Shown piece after piece: positions 39,358 through 53,754 of a DNA stretch of 64,000 bases; position 1 is the first letter of the stretch, and each line of letters starts with the position of its first letter. The position numbers and the translations under genes were made by a program. The stretch is from Octopus sinensis (taxonomy: Eukaryota): contig NC_043000.1 in assembly GCF_006345805.1 (NCBI RefSeq), positions 74,276,001 to 74,340,000 of the forward strand, read 5' to 3'. Below the pieces are notes generated by a model. That model saw only the letters and a program-made list of their open reading frames with translations. It ran no database searches and had not been told where the DNA came from.

Positions 39358-40962
39358 AATTTTTTATTGGTAAAATTTGACCAATATTTCTCAAAGCAAA
39401 GTGAAATTTACAAGAATGTCTAAGTTTACCTAGTCGTTCTCCATACATTAAAACAGCAAGAGGGAATAAACAACATTCTTAGTACAACAATTCCACGGTA
39501 AGTCTGGGCTTAAGTTAGTGCATTTTTTTTTGTAGAGATATGTTTACTTAGTAATTAGTTAGTCCATTTCTTGAAATTTTTGCTCAAACTCGATGTTTAA
39601 AGCCTTGGATTTGTATTCTGTTTGACCTATTGCTGTGCATGAATACATCAGTTTGGTAAGTAGGGTCAGTTTGCTACCCTCTTTACTCACTTTACACTTT
39701 CTTGCCATTTTGGGGCCAGATTCAGCAATGAGCATATTGAATTTGTGAGAATATTTTTTTTCATTATGATGTAAAAATCTTGAAGAAAATATGTTCTTTT
39801 AAGTGAAAATTAATGATAAAATTTTCACTACATGAGAAGAAAGTTCACACCCAGAACTTTGAAATGATATATAATTTTCTATGGAAAAATTTATTTTGAC
39901 AAGAAAATAATGAAGCACAAAGTCTGTTTTTGTGTGTTCAGATTGTACTTGTTGTCATTGTACGGTGCTCTGTAGTGATACCTACTTTATAATCCTTTTG
40001 AAAATCAAAAGCCTATAATGATAAAGCAGAAGATACTTAAAAATGAGCTTGTTTGCTCAAATGCTTATGTCAGATTATTGTAAAATTGCTGTCAGACATT
40101 TTGTTTATGATGTCATTACTACCAAAGTGAAGTTAATGCAAAAACACATGGCAACAAACTCATGTACATACACATTACATTACATTTACAAACTAACGAT
40201 TAACTGAAAGCTATAGTGCAATATCATACAATGGGATTAAAACTTGAAACCACTGTTGCAAATCCAACTTATTAACCACAGAGCTATGTCTGCACTTAAT
40301 TCATGTATATCATTGTCATTTTACATGTACTTTACTTGCTCTTCTTAATCAAGGTTACTAACTTCCATAATGGGTTGCACTTGTGCTTACTAGTTTTCAC
40401 AGGATTTTTACATCTGGGTGGTCTTCTTAACAACAACCACTTTAGAGGCTGTAAATCTAGGAAGACATGGGACAAAGTGGTGAGAAAGGATCTTCAGACA
40501 TTGGGCCTCACAGAAATGACTCAGGGCTGAGACTTCTGGCAGTTTGTTGTGCTTGAGAAGACATGTCAAACTAAGTAAAACTGTGGCCAGTATTTTGCAT
40601 TGGAGGTTGATGCTGTTTTTCTCTGTTAATGTATGGAGCATTACATCTATGCTCCTTTTCATCTTCCCAAACTTTACTCCAGAATTCAAGTATTTCTTGC
40701 TCAGAGGGAACACCTCTTTTGATTGTGCTCTTTCCACTGTGACTATAGAATTTCTTTGAATTATTTTTTATCATGTTATTATCTTTGAAGAACCTGGATT
40801 GTTTCTTTCAGCTTATTATTTGGCATGCTAGACAAAATGTTTAGCAGCATTTCGTCTGTCTTCACTTTCTGAGTTCATTTTCTACCAAGGTTGACTTTGC
40901 TTTCCATCCTTTTGGGGTTGATAAAATACATACCAGATGAGCACTGTGCCAAAAGTTGAAAC

Positions 40963-41048
<86 letters not shown>

Positions 41049-42580
41049 GGTTTTTCTTCTTCTTTCAAATTTGCTTCCATTTCTTGCCGAGTGTCTTCCC
41101 GACCCCTAGGGCAAAGAAACTCATAGTATACATTGGTAAGCCATTAAACTAAACTCACTAGTTCGTTTTTTTTTTTTTGATAGAAATAAAGTTAAATTAA
41201 AATACATGGGTAGTAATAGTTCTCACATCGACAATGCTCTTCTCAATACATGTGATGTACCAGTTAAGACAATCTTTTGCACTTCTTGCAGGGATGGTAA
41301 GCCAGGGATCATTCTCATATAATTTTCGGTTCCCTTCTTGATCATTCCTAGTGCTCCTATGATCACTGATATTGTAACCGCCTTGAGATGCCACATTTTC
41401 TCAATTTCAATGAGCAGGCCTTTATATTTTCTGAGCTTGTCAAATTCTTTCGCCGAGATATTATGATCACAGGGGATGCTCATGTCGATCAATAAGCAAA
41501 CTTTATTGTTTTGGTCTTTCACAACAATATCCGGTTTATTGGCTTTGATGGTTTGGTCTGTATGTACTGGAAAGTCCCACAGAATCATTACATTTTCTCC
41601 TTCAGTTACAGCTTCAGGGTGGTGATTATACCACTTGTCGGCAGTTTTGATATTGTAATGCCGACTTATTAGCCAGTGTAGATATTGGCCAACTCTGTCA
41701 TGTCTTAATTTATACTCCACTGGTGCTAAGACTTTCCATCCAGAGATTAGGTGGTCCACTGTTTCAATCATGTCGTTGCAGAATCAGCATTTTTGGTCTG
41801 CTCCATTTTTCATCACATTGGCCTGGTAGTTCCGGGTTAATAGGCTTTGATCTTGAGCAGCCAGGATGAAACCATCGCTCTCTGCTTTTAGCCCTGAGCT
41901 CCATAGCCACTGATGGGTTTGCTTCTGGTCAACATCAGCTTGTTTGCTACGGGCCACATATTTGCCGTGCAGAGGTTTCTCTTCCCACCTATCAGCCTAT
42001 TGCTCGTGCGCTTTTTTCGTTGCCATTATTTTCACCTTCTTTGCAACAATAGTTGCCGTACTTCCCTCGGGTTGTTCAGTTTGGGTATCCTGCACGAGAT
42101 CAATAGCAAATTTTTTGCTTTCCTTTATGATAGAATGAAGCTTCTTTCGTCTCTCATGATTTTCCACGAGCTTTAGCATCTAGTCATTCGTTATTTCAAG
42201 ATATTTGGCCAGTCCAATTGTGGTTGTTTTGTAAGCTAGTTCAAATTGGATCAGGCCTCGACCTCCTTGGCCTCTGGGGAGGTAAAGGCGATCTACGTCT
42301 GCCTTTCCTATCTATTTTCTTTACTTCACTCATATTCCAGTTCAACACATTGTAGCTATAAGTAACAACTGGAACTGCTAAGGAATTTATAGCTAACACC
42401 TTGTTACGTGCATTTAGTTAAGATTTCAGGACTGCTCGAACTCTCCTATAACATTCCTTCCTGATCTTCTCTTTCATGCTTGCATGCTGAATACCAGAGC
42501 CTTCATTTATCCCTAAACATTTGTAGGTTTGTTCTTGCTCAAGCTCTCTTATGACTGTGTCAACATCTAACACGACTGAA

Positions 42581-42582
<2 letters not shown>
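41049..42582 (-). mobile_element. Dong/R4-clade LINE, 5'-truncated, inserted in (TAA)n
   Basis: YKCLGI, RLYLPR..GGRGL, AAQDQ, ETVDHLISG, RHD, ILWDF...D.TI.ANKPDIVV, LID: restriction-like endonuclease. (TTA)n arrays flank both ends. Confidence 0.88.
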
Positions 42583-42617
<35 letters not shown>

Positions 42618-43200
42618 GTTATTGTTATTATTATTATTATTATTAAAAAAGTGAGAGAGCAGTGCATGTGACAACCCATCATGACTACCCGTCTGATAAG
42701 GCACATGCTTCACAACCATATGTGCGCAACAAGGTGGTCTCATATCAAATTAAACAGCACATGACCTAGCAAGTGGAGCCTAGTTAGAATTTTTCTTCAG
42801 ACTTAGTAGCCCATCCTGCTCAAAAGGTTCCTGAATAAGGGTTGTTTAAGGATGTTGAATGAAACACCCATGTTTCCAGATGTGAATTATCCAAACTCCA
42901 AAGAATTCCTCTCAACACACAGCTATGATGCTCCCCCACTACTTCTGCTCATGATCAGATATGCACATTTCAGCTACTAAGGGATATGCTCAACTGGTTA
43001 AGGTCAAACAACATTATGTTTAGTGGCAATTCATCTATCTTTGCATTCTGAGTTTAAATTCTCTTGAGGTCAACTTTGCTTGTCTTCCTTTTGGGGTTGA
43101 AGAATCAAGTATTAGCTAAGCACTGGGGTTGATGTAATCAACTATATCTTCCCAGCATTTCAGGCCCTGTTCCTGCTGTAGAAAGGATTATTATTATTTA

Positions 43201-44520
43201 TGGTTTCCTTTCATTATAACTTTATTTCAGCTGCCTTAATACTGGGCATCATCCAGTGGCCAAGAGTAGCAAGGGCGTTTTTGTTTTGCTATGCATGCTA
43301 AAATTATCACATTTATTCCATTTTAGATGGAGAGTGCTTTCTATAGTATATGGGCTGTACCCTTCAAGGTTATCTTTTGTAGTTCATGGAGATTGGAGTT
43401 ACCAAGGTGTTGCTTAATATACTTCTCAGCTCTCTTCTTTATTATTCCCAATACACCAATTACTAATGGTATTACTGTAGTACTAAGCTTCCACATGTTT
43501 TTAATTTCAATTTGCAGGTCTTTATAATGAGAAAGCTTTTCATATTCCTTTCTTGAGACATTTTGATCTTGTGGGACAAGATCTATTAACAGACAAGTTC
43601 CTCTGTTGTAGTCCTCAATCACAATGTCTGGTCGATTGGAGGCAGTTTTTTGTCTGTTTGTATTGGGAAGTTCCAAAGGATGGTGATGCCGTCACCATTT
43701 ACTATGTCTTCTGGATGGTGCCTGTAATACTTATCATGGGATTTAATTATGTAGTATTTACAAGCATTCCAGTGGATGTACTGCCCTAGTCTGTCATGTC
43801 TTGAGGTACTCCTTTTCAGCGAGGACTGGGCAGCCAGAAACATGATCAATTGTCTCTGTGAATTTTTCACAAATTCTGCACGTGGGTCAGATCCATCTTT
43901 AAAGATGTTTGCATGGTAGTTCTTCTTCCTCCTCATCATCATCATCGTCATCATTTACTGGTTCCTGCTGTTGTTCCTTCCTTATAGAGCTGAGATCCAA
44001 TCCTGTTCATTCATCAAAGTGTGTGTTGTTACTATTTAAGGAGAGCACATTTCTGAGTTTGTGGGCTGTTCCCAGGATGCTGATTTTTTGAGCTCATTGT
44101 TGCTATTACTAGGCAATTCATTGGTGAATTTGTTCAGTCCTTTTTTCATGAGCTCTTGAGCACTGATGATGTTTGGTTACATCCAGTTTATTTCTCTTGT
44201 TAAGTTTTTGTGCTTTTATAATTTTTCTGTAACTTTTGAGGATGCTATTCTCTGGCATTTCCACATCTATTATTAGGAATTTCTTTCCCTTCTTATTGGT
44301 GGTTACTTCAATGCACAATATATGTTGCTGGCGATGTAATACAAGTGCCAGCTATCCACAACCAGTGGACAGGGATGGCACTTTCAATTGCCAACCACTT
44401 CTCTAAGTATTTTAGCAGTTCCTAGGAGTGTTTTCTTTAATACTCCACTCTTATGTTGTCCCCAATTCTTTTTAATAGTTTTTAACTCTTGTGCTCACAG
44501 TATCAAGCATCCCATCTACA
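43201..44520 (-). mobile_element. Tandem older Dong/R4 3' fragments
   Basis: RHDRLG, ILWNFPIQTD, NRPDIVI..D...CLLID, PLVIG.LG, ELQK..LKGTAHIL. Further degraded copies at 44030-44290 and 44390-44520; another RT-upstream piece at about 40580-40860. Confidence 0.72.
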
Positions 44521-44719
44521 ACTGGGACCACCAAAAAATTTTTCATTGCCCACAAATATTTTATCTCCCCTGCTTTTAACATATTTTACTGATTTCGTTG
44601 ATCTAAAAAGTGTAAATAAAAATATTAGCACATACATGCACATTTACTCATGGACACATACACACATGTATATGTGTGCACATCCATAGGTGTCTATAAA
44701 TATGTATGTCTGTGTATGA

Positions 44720-44753
<34 letters not shown>

Positions 44754-44869
44754 AACATGTAATGTGTTTGGAATGGTATAACAATGCAGAGTGGACTATA
44801 ATAATTGTTAGAAATAATTTAATTATTCATAGTTTAATATTTTGGAATATAAAATTCCTTTTTCAGAGA

Positions 44870-45835
44870 TTGCTAGGAAGTAATGCAGTCGCTGTTGTAG
44901 TCGGTTTTCTTATTCCTCTAACGGTTGCTGAAATCTGTCGGAAGTGTTCCTGTAATGGCCTCATGAAGTTCTTTGTGGAATTCCTCATGACAAGTGTGTG
45001 AGGGTAGTCATGTCTTGAGCTCATGTGTGTTGGCATATTTGTAGCGCCGTTTCCAAGTTATGTATTGTATGTGCATATGTGCATTTCTTTTTTTAATATA
45101 ATGTTTTGTTATATGAGCATGTTATCATCATGTATGCAGGGTGTCGATGTTGTTAAATAAGATAGTGAATGTTAATTTCCAACCTGTTGTTAATTTGGGG
45201 CCCTTGTCTGTCTATGAAGATAGCATCCTTAATTCTTAATTTTCCTACATTTCTGTCATTGGCCTCCCTTGTGACTGTTATGTTTTTGTTGATGTTCTGG
45301 CATCTGTCTAAGTGTTTTCTGAAGGAGGCTAGTGTGTTTAGATGTTCTTTGATGCGAATGTGTAATGGCCTTGTTGTGTGCTGCCCACATAGAAATTGTT
45401 GCAGCTGTTACATTGGATTTCATATACATGTACCCATTGACATAAATCTGTGTCATGGAAGGGGCAGTTAGCTAGTGTGCACTGATTGCTGTCCCTTGAT
45501 TGTTTCTTTGTTAGGTGTCTGCTCAGTGAGGGGCCAGATTGGGCTTCTTGTATGTCTAATCCTTCTCTTTTTATGGCTCTTCAGATGGCTGTAGTTTTCC
45601 TCGCACTAAAATGGGGTATTTTAAGGAAGCATGTATTGCTGGGTTTTCTGTGTGTTTGGTGTGTTTGTTGTCTCAGGTACTTAAGCCGATTCACAGTTGA
45701 TATAGGGTACCTGTTGGTTTTCAATACCTCTAGGAAGCATGTGGTGTGGGTCACCTTGTCCTCTGTCCTGCTGCTCTTGTTTTGGATGCATGCAAGTTCA
45801 TTTCTGGCATATCCTATTTTGTCACCCAGTGGAAG
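44870..45835 (-). mobile_element. Decayed Penelope-like element (thumb plus GIY-YIG)
   Basis: Minus translation pieces TTRPLHIRIKEHL...KHL..C...LRIKDAIFIDRQGPQINNRLE. Confidence 0.62.
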
Positions 45836-46233
45836 GTTGAATTATAGTGAAGAAACATATCTCTACAGTGGCACAAAAATGCACCCAATACACACTGTAA
45901 AGTGGTTGGTGTTAGGAAGGGTATCCAGCCATAGAAAACATGCCAAAGCTGATGCTAGAACTCAATGTAGTTCTTTGTTTTGCCTGTTCCTGTGAAATCA
46001 TTCAACCCATGCCAGCATGGAAAATGGATGTTAAATGATCATTATATTTAGCATTATTAAACAGAAACAAGTTAATGATATATCCAACGTAGCACCATAC
46101 AGGCAGTGTATGAGGAGATGGATGCAATCTTGTCTTTGAAGGTAAGAGCTATTGAAGTATGTGTTAAAACACTAGGTATACATTCAACTGGAAAAATTTT
46201 TGTCATTTTTTATTTGATTTGTTTTCTCTTCAG

Positions 46234-46404
46234 CAATCTAAAAGAAGTCAACAGGTACGATTTCGAGAAGAAGTAATTCCAAAACCTATGCTGGCTTTGA
46301 AATTCTTGCTATTTGTTATAGAGCAGCCAAATTGTCGTGCTCTTCTCCTCAATAAATACCAGTCAAATATCATTGGTATCCTGGAGCAACTCAAATTTGT
46401 ACTG
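46234..46404 (+). CDS. NCAPG2: NCAPG2 exon (QSKRSQQVRF...KPMLALKFLLFVIEQPNCRALLL...KFVL)
   Basis: cag acceptor, gtaagt donor, 171 nt phase 0-0. Resembles vertebrate RVQI...KPELAL...HPKNRECLL. Confidence 0.88.
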
Positions 46405-46589
46405 GTAAGTTATTTAATGTTTGAAGTTATGTTTGTAAATTTTGTAATTACAAAATTATTTTTGTAACACTTTAATGTATTTTCTATTAATTGATTGATT
46501 TGGTATAAGACCTCTTAGAATGTGTGATATTCATAAAACTATAATTTTTATTGAAAATAATTTTAATCAAATATATATTTTATTTCCAG

Positions 46590-46706
46590 AATTTATTAGA
46601 ACAACGCCTGACTGTTGGCTTGAAAAGGTTGCAATATGCAGATGATACTTTCTTGCAAGCAGCATATTATCTTTATATTCGAATAAATCTCTTGCTTTAT
46701 GTTGGG
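46590..46706 (+). CDS. NCAPG2: NCAPG2 exon (NLLEQRLTVG...AAYYLYIRINLLLYVG)
   Basis: tttccag acceptor, gtaatt donor, 117 nt open, phase 0-0. Resembles AFGLHCRLSIHL. Confidence 0.82.
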
Positions 46707-48800
46707 GTAATTATTTTTGTTTGATATCGTTAATAGAAGCAATATGCTTCCTTGTATTTCCTCATTGACATAGATCAAGTAGTGTAATTTTCTTTAAAAA
46801 TGAGCCAAACTAAAAAAACTTTTGAGAACAGTTATAAAATATTTGTCAGTTTGTCACTGAGAAATTTCTACAACAGCGAATGAATAAACTATTTTGTTAT
46901 CAGGGTTTATAAGTGAATTTATAAAGAAGAGCTTGAGCTGAATTACTACTAGTCACTAGTACCTTAATAAATAAGTAGGAACCAGTAAATGAATTAAGGT
47001 AAGTGCAGTGAAACTGAATTTCAAGTAGACTTAAGAATACCAGCTTAAAGGGCAACAGGTAATTTTATTTCTTTATCTCCTGTTAACTCATTTTACAAGT
47101 TCATGATTTATTCACTGTATTAGAAGGGATTCAGGTTGCACTTTTCCACGTCATTTAAGGCAGCTTTTATGCTATAAAGCATTTGGTATTCTTCGTGTTT
47201 TTTTTTTTATTTCACTTTTTTATGTTATTAAACATAAGGTTAGACATTTTCTAGCATCCCTATTTAAACAAATGGATCACTATGCATCTGCAAGTTTGTT
47301 GTCTGAAAGTATACTTTGTTACATTATACTGCATTATATTCATGAAATCTTTTGTTCTGTCACATGCTTGACTATGTTTAACATTTATAGCTACATATAC
47401 TTTATACCAAACTTGAACAATATTTTAGTATATCATTTATGTTTCTACAACCAAATATAATCTTAGGACTTAGATTTTGCCTAGTTGAAATATATTTCGA
47501 TTAACTGATCAATGATTATTCAAGCATCTTATGGATAAGGCATGTGTGATTCAGAAGTTTGTTTCTTAACCATGTGGTTTTGGGTACTTCTCACTATATG
47601 GCTCCTTGGGTTAAGTGCCTTCTACTATAGTTTCAGGCCAACCAAAACCCTTTGAGTGACTTTTGTAGACATGTTCTCTGAAAATAGCATAGCTACAAGA
47701 AATAACATTGCTGTTGTCCTCTGTCAACTAGCTTTTTACTTTCAGCAGTGTGGAATAAGATACTCCTTACTTGAAAAACAGGTAAGAGTTAGGAAGGGCA
47801 TGAAACTATAAAACAATGTCTCAACAATATATTCATCTAACTTGTGCTAGAATAAATGGATGTAAAATCAAGTGAATAAAATAAACAAAAAAAGGAATGG
47901 GTTTGAAATGGGATTCATAAGTTTTCAGGACAGTAAGAGCAAAAACTTGCTTTTATTTTTGAAATAATTATAATAACTCAAATGTAAAAAGTATACTATT
48001 TCTGTTCATGTATAAATTGTATTAAACAACCCTTAAAATGTAGGCTTTAAGTTATACACTTTGTTTTAGACAACCTAGTAATATTCCACAATGGTAGATT
48101 ACAAGGGTTGTTTTTGCTCAACCTATAAAAAATTTTCATATGGGAAATACACCTGTTATTATCATATTTAATATATTTTTAAACCAAACAATTAAATATA
48201 TTTTTAAACCATCAATTATCAAAATTATAAAAATCAGCAATAAGGACAATATTCCAGACATGTTGAGACTCGTCACTGAGTGTTTGCTACTTCAGTAGTT
48301 TTTTTAACAAGAATCCCATTTGACCAGTAGACTGGCACAGTTAACCACACTATTATAACTTCAGATCATAGTCTTGGTTGTTAAAATTTAAGCCAATTCT
48401 TCTCAAATAATGGCAAAAATTATTGGTTATCTATTATAATATGCATAAATATGTTTGGCAGCTACAGTGTAAACTCTTGTAAATATCATGTAGATGTTGG
48501 TTATTTTATAAGAATTAACATGGTATCAAGTAAAGTTTTACTATTTACTTGAAATGCGTTTCCCAATTTACTTACAGTTTGTGTAAAACTGTAATAAAAT
48601 TAGCAATATTTGAATATATTGCACTGTTGATACTATCTTTAATTTGTAAACTTTCTCTTCTCAAAACTACATGATGTTAAGGTATAGATGTTATACTTGG
48701 TGTTTAAGATAACCTGATTTGGAAACAATACTTTTAAGGTTCAGATTATATGCCAACATATATGGTAAATAGCTGAAATATTTTAAAATTTCAATTTTAG

Positions 48801-48989
48801 GTTCACTCTGAAAATGATGAAGGAATTGTTGTCAGTTTGGAAGAAATAATGAAGCAGTTTTGTACATGGGCACAAAATATAATTGTACCTGTCTTCAATA
48901 ATCAAAATTCAAGTGAAAAAGCAATCAGAAAAAGACATTCCTCAGATAGCAAAGAAAATAGCATTACATTCTCTTGTAATTTACTTGAG
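48801..48989 (+). CDS. NCAPG2: NCAPG2 exon (VHSENDEG...FCTWAQNIIVPVF...CNLLE)
   Basis: ttttag acceptor, GAG|gtaaga donor, 189 nt open, phase 0-0. Confidence 0.82.
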
Positions 48990-49429
48990 GTAAGAAAATA
49001 GCATTTTAGTATTTTTAACAGACAAAAAATAATTTTATTCAAATAATATTTGTCTTACCTCTTGTTTTGAGTTTATAATGTATTTTAGAAAATAATATTG
49101 TCTACTGAAATTATTAATATAATTAGTAATAATTGCACTTTTCAGCTATTTGGGGATACCAGTGATATGTCTATTTCAGCCTTGAATTCATTATTTAGAT
49201 AATGCAGGATTTTGATGTTTCTACACTCGTCTGAAAGTTCATCAAGGTTTGTTTGTATACAGCAAAATATCATAACAATAGGACTGGATTTATACTTTTA
49301 GGAGGCTTGGGGCACTTCAAGCTTGGTAGGTCCCTTATTAAAATTCATAACAAATCACCAAATTTACATCTCAAAACCCATCTCTTGCATGTAACTGCAA
49401 TTGACTAGCTTGCACAAAGTTTAAATACA

Positions 49430-51060
49430 TCTGCTGAAAGGAAAAATCTTATCTAAACAACAAATGCTGCAATTAATAAAGAGTAAGTTGTCAGAAAATG
49501 CTAAAAAAAATGTTCTCGCCTGATTATGTTGCGAACTTGATAACAGAGTTTAAGCATAAACCAGATGAAGGAGTTACCTTCAAGGCTTACTATAGAAGAT
49601 ATGAACAAATCTTCAGTAAAGAGTGCAAAGATATCAAAATGCATTTAATCTTAAGAAAACTGGCAGCAGGAGAACATGAGTGTTACAGCAATTACATACT
49701 CCTGGGAAAACCTGACATAAACTTGAAAGATACAGTAGACATATTGTGTAAAATAGTTGTTCAATACATGTTGGAAATGTTTGAACCTAGAAAAAGACAA
49801 TTAGGCAGATTACATCACATATGCTGGTAAAGTTAACAGGGAATGTGAAAAGTTCAAGCTGGACGAATTAACGTCAGATATGTTCAAGTGCCTAGTATTT
49901 ACTCAGGGACTAACTGCAGAGACAAATACAGAAGTAAGAACAAGAATTCTCGTTAAGCTGGAACAAAACCAAGCTGTAACCCTACAACAAGTGTCAGAAG
50001 AGTGTGAAAGAATAGTAAATTTAAGACATGACAGAGAAGATTGCTCCCAAGGGAAACAAGTGTGAAATAGGCAGAATAGAAATCAGTATGAACAGGATAA
50101 AAATCCAAAGACAAACCCATGTTTTGCATGTGGAAGTCTACACTTGAGAAAAACTACCCATTTAAGAAGGTGGAATGTTTTTGATGTGGAAAAATTGAAC
50201 ATTTAGAAGCGCACTGTAAAACCAAGATGACAAAACTTTGGAACAAGAAAAAAGAATAAACAAGATATCGTTGAAAGAAAATAGTAATGTAATGAAGAGG
50301 AAATTTGTAAATGTCAAATTTGAAGAGAAAAGAGTAAAAATGCAGTTAGACACTGGAAGTGATATTATCATTGTAAATGAAGAAACTTGGAAGTATGTCG
50401 GTAAGCTGGAACTATTTAAATTGTGGAATATGCCCATAAGTGTTTTGTGTAGAAATATAGTCGGTTCAGTCAAAGGTTCAAATGAAGCTGAGGGACTGAA
50501 ACAATAAATAAAACATTTATTTCCAGATGTTTGCCCAGAGGAACTGAGTTGCTGCATGAAAACAGGCAAATATTGCAGTAAAACAAGGTGCAACATCTGT
50601 ATTTAAGCCAAAACACAATGTACCATTCATGGCAAAATTACCCATGATAAAATGTGAACCTTGGCTAAAAGTAGATGATCTGTGGACAAGACTACACATC
50701 GATTTTACTGGTCCTTTAAATGGTTCATACTACTTGGTGGTAGTTGATAGTTTCTCTAAATGGCCAGAAATTTGTAAGTGTAAAAAAAACCAACTTCCTT
50801 AACTGCAACAAACATTTTATACAAGCTGTTAGCAAGTTTTGGCATCCCAGACAAGACAGTGTCTGACAATGGAATGCAGTTGGTGTCTTGAATTTAAAAA
50901 GTTCTGTAAAATGTTTGTGGTGGAACATGTAATTATGGTGCCATACCATCCCAGATCTAATGGACAAGCAGAACACTTTGTCAATAGAGCACCAAGAAAG
51001 TCGAATAAGGAGGTTACGGATGAGGTAGCTCTACAACAATTCTTAAGAGTATACTTATGG
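49430..51060 (+). mobile_element. Heavily deleted Gypsy/Ty3 internal region (gag, protease, integrase remnants)
   Basis: F.AYY.RYE..F, FKCLVF..GL (gag); MQLDTGSD (protease); HIDFTGPLNGSYYLVVVDSFSKWPE, VSDNG, PYHPRSNGQAE (integrase). RT is absent. Confidence 0.85.
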
Positions 51061-53754
51061 GGATAATAGTAATAATGGTACACTCCTCCCATAGGATTAG
51101 TGGTGTGTGCTAGTCACTATAAATAGGTCAGTATAGGGAGATAGTATGAAGTAGACAGTCATAGATTGGTCGTGTTTTTACTGGGCTAACAACTATACTT
51201 ATTTCTTTACTGCCCACAAGAGGCTACACACAGAGGGAACAAACAAGGACAGACAAACGGATTAAGTCGATTATATTGACCCCAGTGTGTCGAAAGGATG
51301 AAAGGTAAAGTCAACCTCGGTGGAATTTGAACTCAGAACGTAGCGGCAGACAAAATACCGCTAAGCATTTCGCTTGGTGTGCTAACGTTTCTGCCACCTC
51401 GCCACCTTGGTATAGCAGTATAGTCTAATAACTATACTGCTATACCAAAGTAGGCATTATAACAATCCGATGACTTTATTCATATTAGCTGAAGCTATAG
51501 TAGAATTAGAAAAGGAATTCCTGATGTGAAAGCAAAACTTGGAATGAAAGGTCCTTAAATAATATAGCAAAGACTGAAATCCTAGTAGGTAGGAAAGCAA
51601 ACAAACCACTAACCCCTTGAGGAAAATGGCCCTGCTAAGATATTGGTCAAATCAGACAGAGAGCAGTGCCTGATATTTCTCAATCATCACACTCCAGTGT
51701 AGAAAAAAAATAACTTTTGAGGCAAACAGTGGTCACATTTGAGAGTGATCAGTGGAGTACTAAACTGTAGTTATGCCTATATATGTGTGTGTACATATGT
51801 AACACACACACACAATAAACAGCCTGATCCAACCAAAGTAGAGGTACTGTATGGGCAATTTGTCAGTAGAAAAAATGGACCAGAGAGGTGTACCATTATT
51901 ACTATTATCCCTAAAACAGCCTTTCAGAATTTTAAATACCTTCTCACACACAAATGTTTTTGTCTCTTGCTTTTTTTTATTTCATTTTTAATCTCAGAAC
52001 TCTACATAGAAGGATAGAGAAAAATTTACAACCCTGAAAATAAATTTATTTTCAATTTTTTGTTCCCTCACCCTCCAGGCTTTCAGAATACCCACCTCAC
52101 CCCCATACCAGCATATTAGATAGTTTTGAAATTAATTACTTATTTCCTCACCTGGATGCAAATAAGATGGCAAATCACTGAAAAAAATATTTTTCCAAAA
52201 TTTCTAGTTTTATAAATCACAACCTCACTCAGCTATTGAATAACAATATTCATTGTCCATGCATAAAGTACCTATTGAATTCATAGATGAAGTAAAAGAG
52301 GTCTCATTGTGGTTGTTTAATATACAAGAAATAACAGCCAAAGGTCTGAAAAATAACTTTTTCCAAAATTACCATTTTTATATCATCTCCCCCTCTGCCT
52401 TTTGGAGTAATCACACCCACCCCACAGAAATTTGGAGTACATTAGCACACTTGTCCCCATTTGCTCCAACCAGTCTAACCGAAAATATGAGAAAACAATA
52501 AAGTTTGCATTTGTATAATTCTTGTTTCTTCTCTAAAAACGAAAATGAAAACACTATTTAAGCCTTCAGGTCAAAACATTGTTTTTTCTTAATAATCTGC
52601 ACAGATTTTTATAGATTTGCAACTTGCTCTTGACTAAAAACATCTACTAATACTTGGCTCATTTCTTAGACTTCAATTATAAATCAGGATACATTATAGT
52701 ACTATTTCTCAGAGAGGGAAAAGCTAACTCCAGTGTATTGTTGGGAGTGAAAAGGAAATGAATTAATACAAGATCATTTAAAATATTTAAAACTCACTTA
52801 TTCTATACCATGTCAATAAAGAGATTCACAGGGTAATTAAGGTGTTTGTCAAGAATGTAAATGTGATTAGATCCCTTCTACCTCCAAACAGTTGAAATAT
52901 ATTTGCTGTATAGTGCGTTCTGGCTAGCATCATTTAATTGCTGCCTTATTGACATTTCCCTCTTTTGTTTTGAGTTTCTCAGGGGCATTTTTATATAATT
53001 TACTTTTTGTTAATTTATAAAATTTACATTTTTACAATAGTTTAAAATTTTTGGAAAAAATTTTTTTTCTTTTAATCTTTTATACTTTTTGAGTTTTGGC
53101 TGTAAAATGAGTAGACTGATGTTGGGGAAAATGTAGGCTCGGAAAGAAGTAATATTTGTAATTAACCTGATCTAGAAATATACAGGACAAGAGGGAGTGG
53201 AAGCTTAAAAATATTGCTGCTTAAATTAGAATTGAAATAAAAAAGTTTTTAGTTTCATTCAAATGTAAAAGTATAACACCCTTTTTAGATTCTAACTCCT
53301 ATCCTCCTATGATGAAATTTGGAATTTATATTTATGAAATAAAATCTGGTGGATGAAGAAGTATTTATATATGTTAAAGTTATAGTCTGCTTTTGAAAAT
53401 GCTCAGATGCCTTCCTCGTGTTTTTCCAACTAATTTATGGAAGACCAGCAGTTGCCCATGCATACCAGCCTCCCCTCTCCTTGCCACTAATGTTATCCAA
53501 GGAGAAGGCAAATACTGATACAGCTTGGCACCAGTGACATTGCAACTCATTTCCATAGCTGAGTGAACTGGACCAATGTGAAATAAAGTATCTTGCTCAA
53601 GAACACAACACACAGCCTGATCCAAAATTGAACGAATTACCTCATGACTATGGTGCTGTTACACCAGTCATTGGGTATAACTCCTTTGTGAATCACCTGA
53701 TTTACAATATGGATGACTAGACCATAACCCACATTGCCGGATATTTTAAGCATC

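Noticed and set aside
49146-49250. Candidate exon after ttttcag
   Set aside because: Stops occur in all three frames before a good donor; the 56566 exon fits the phase gap instead.
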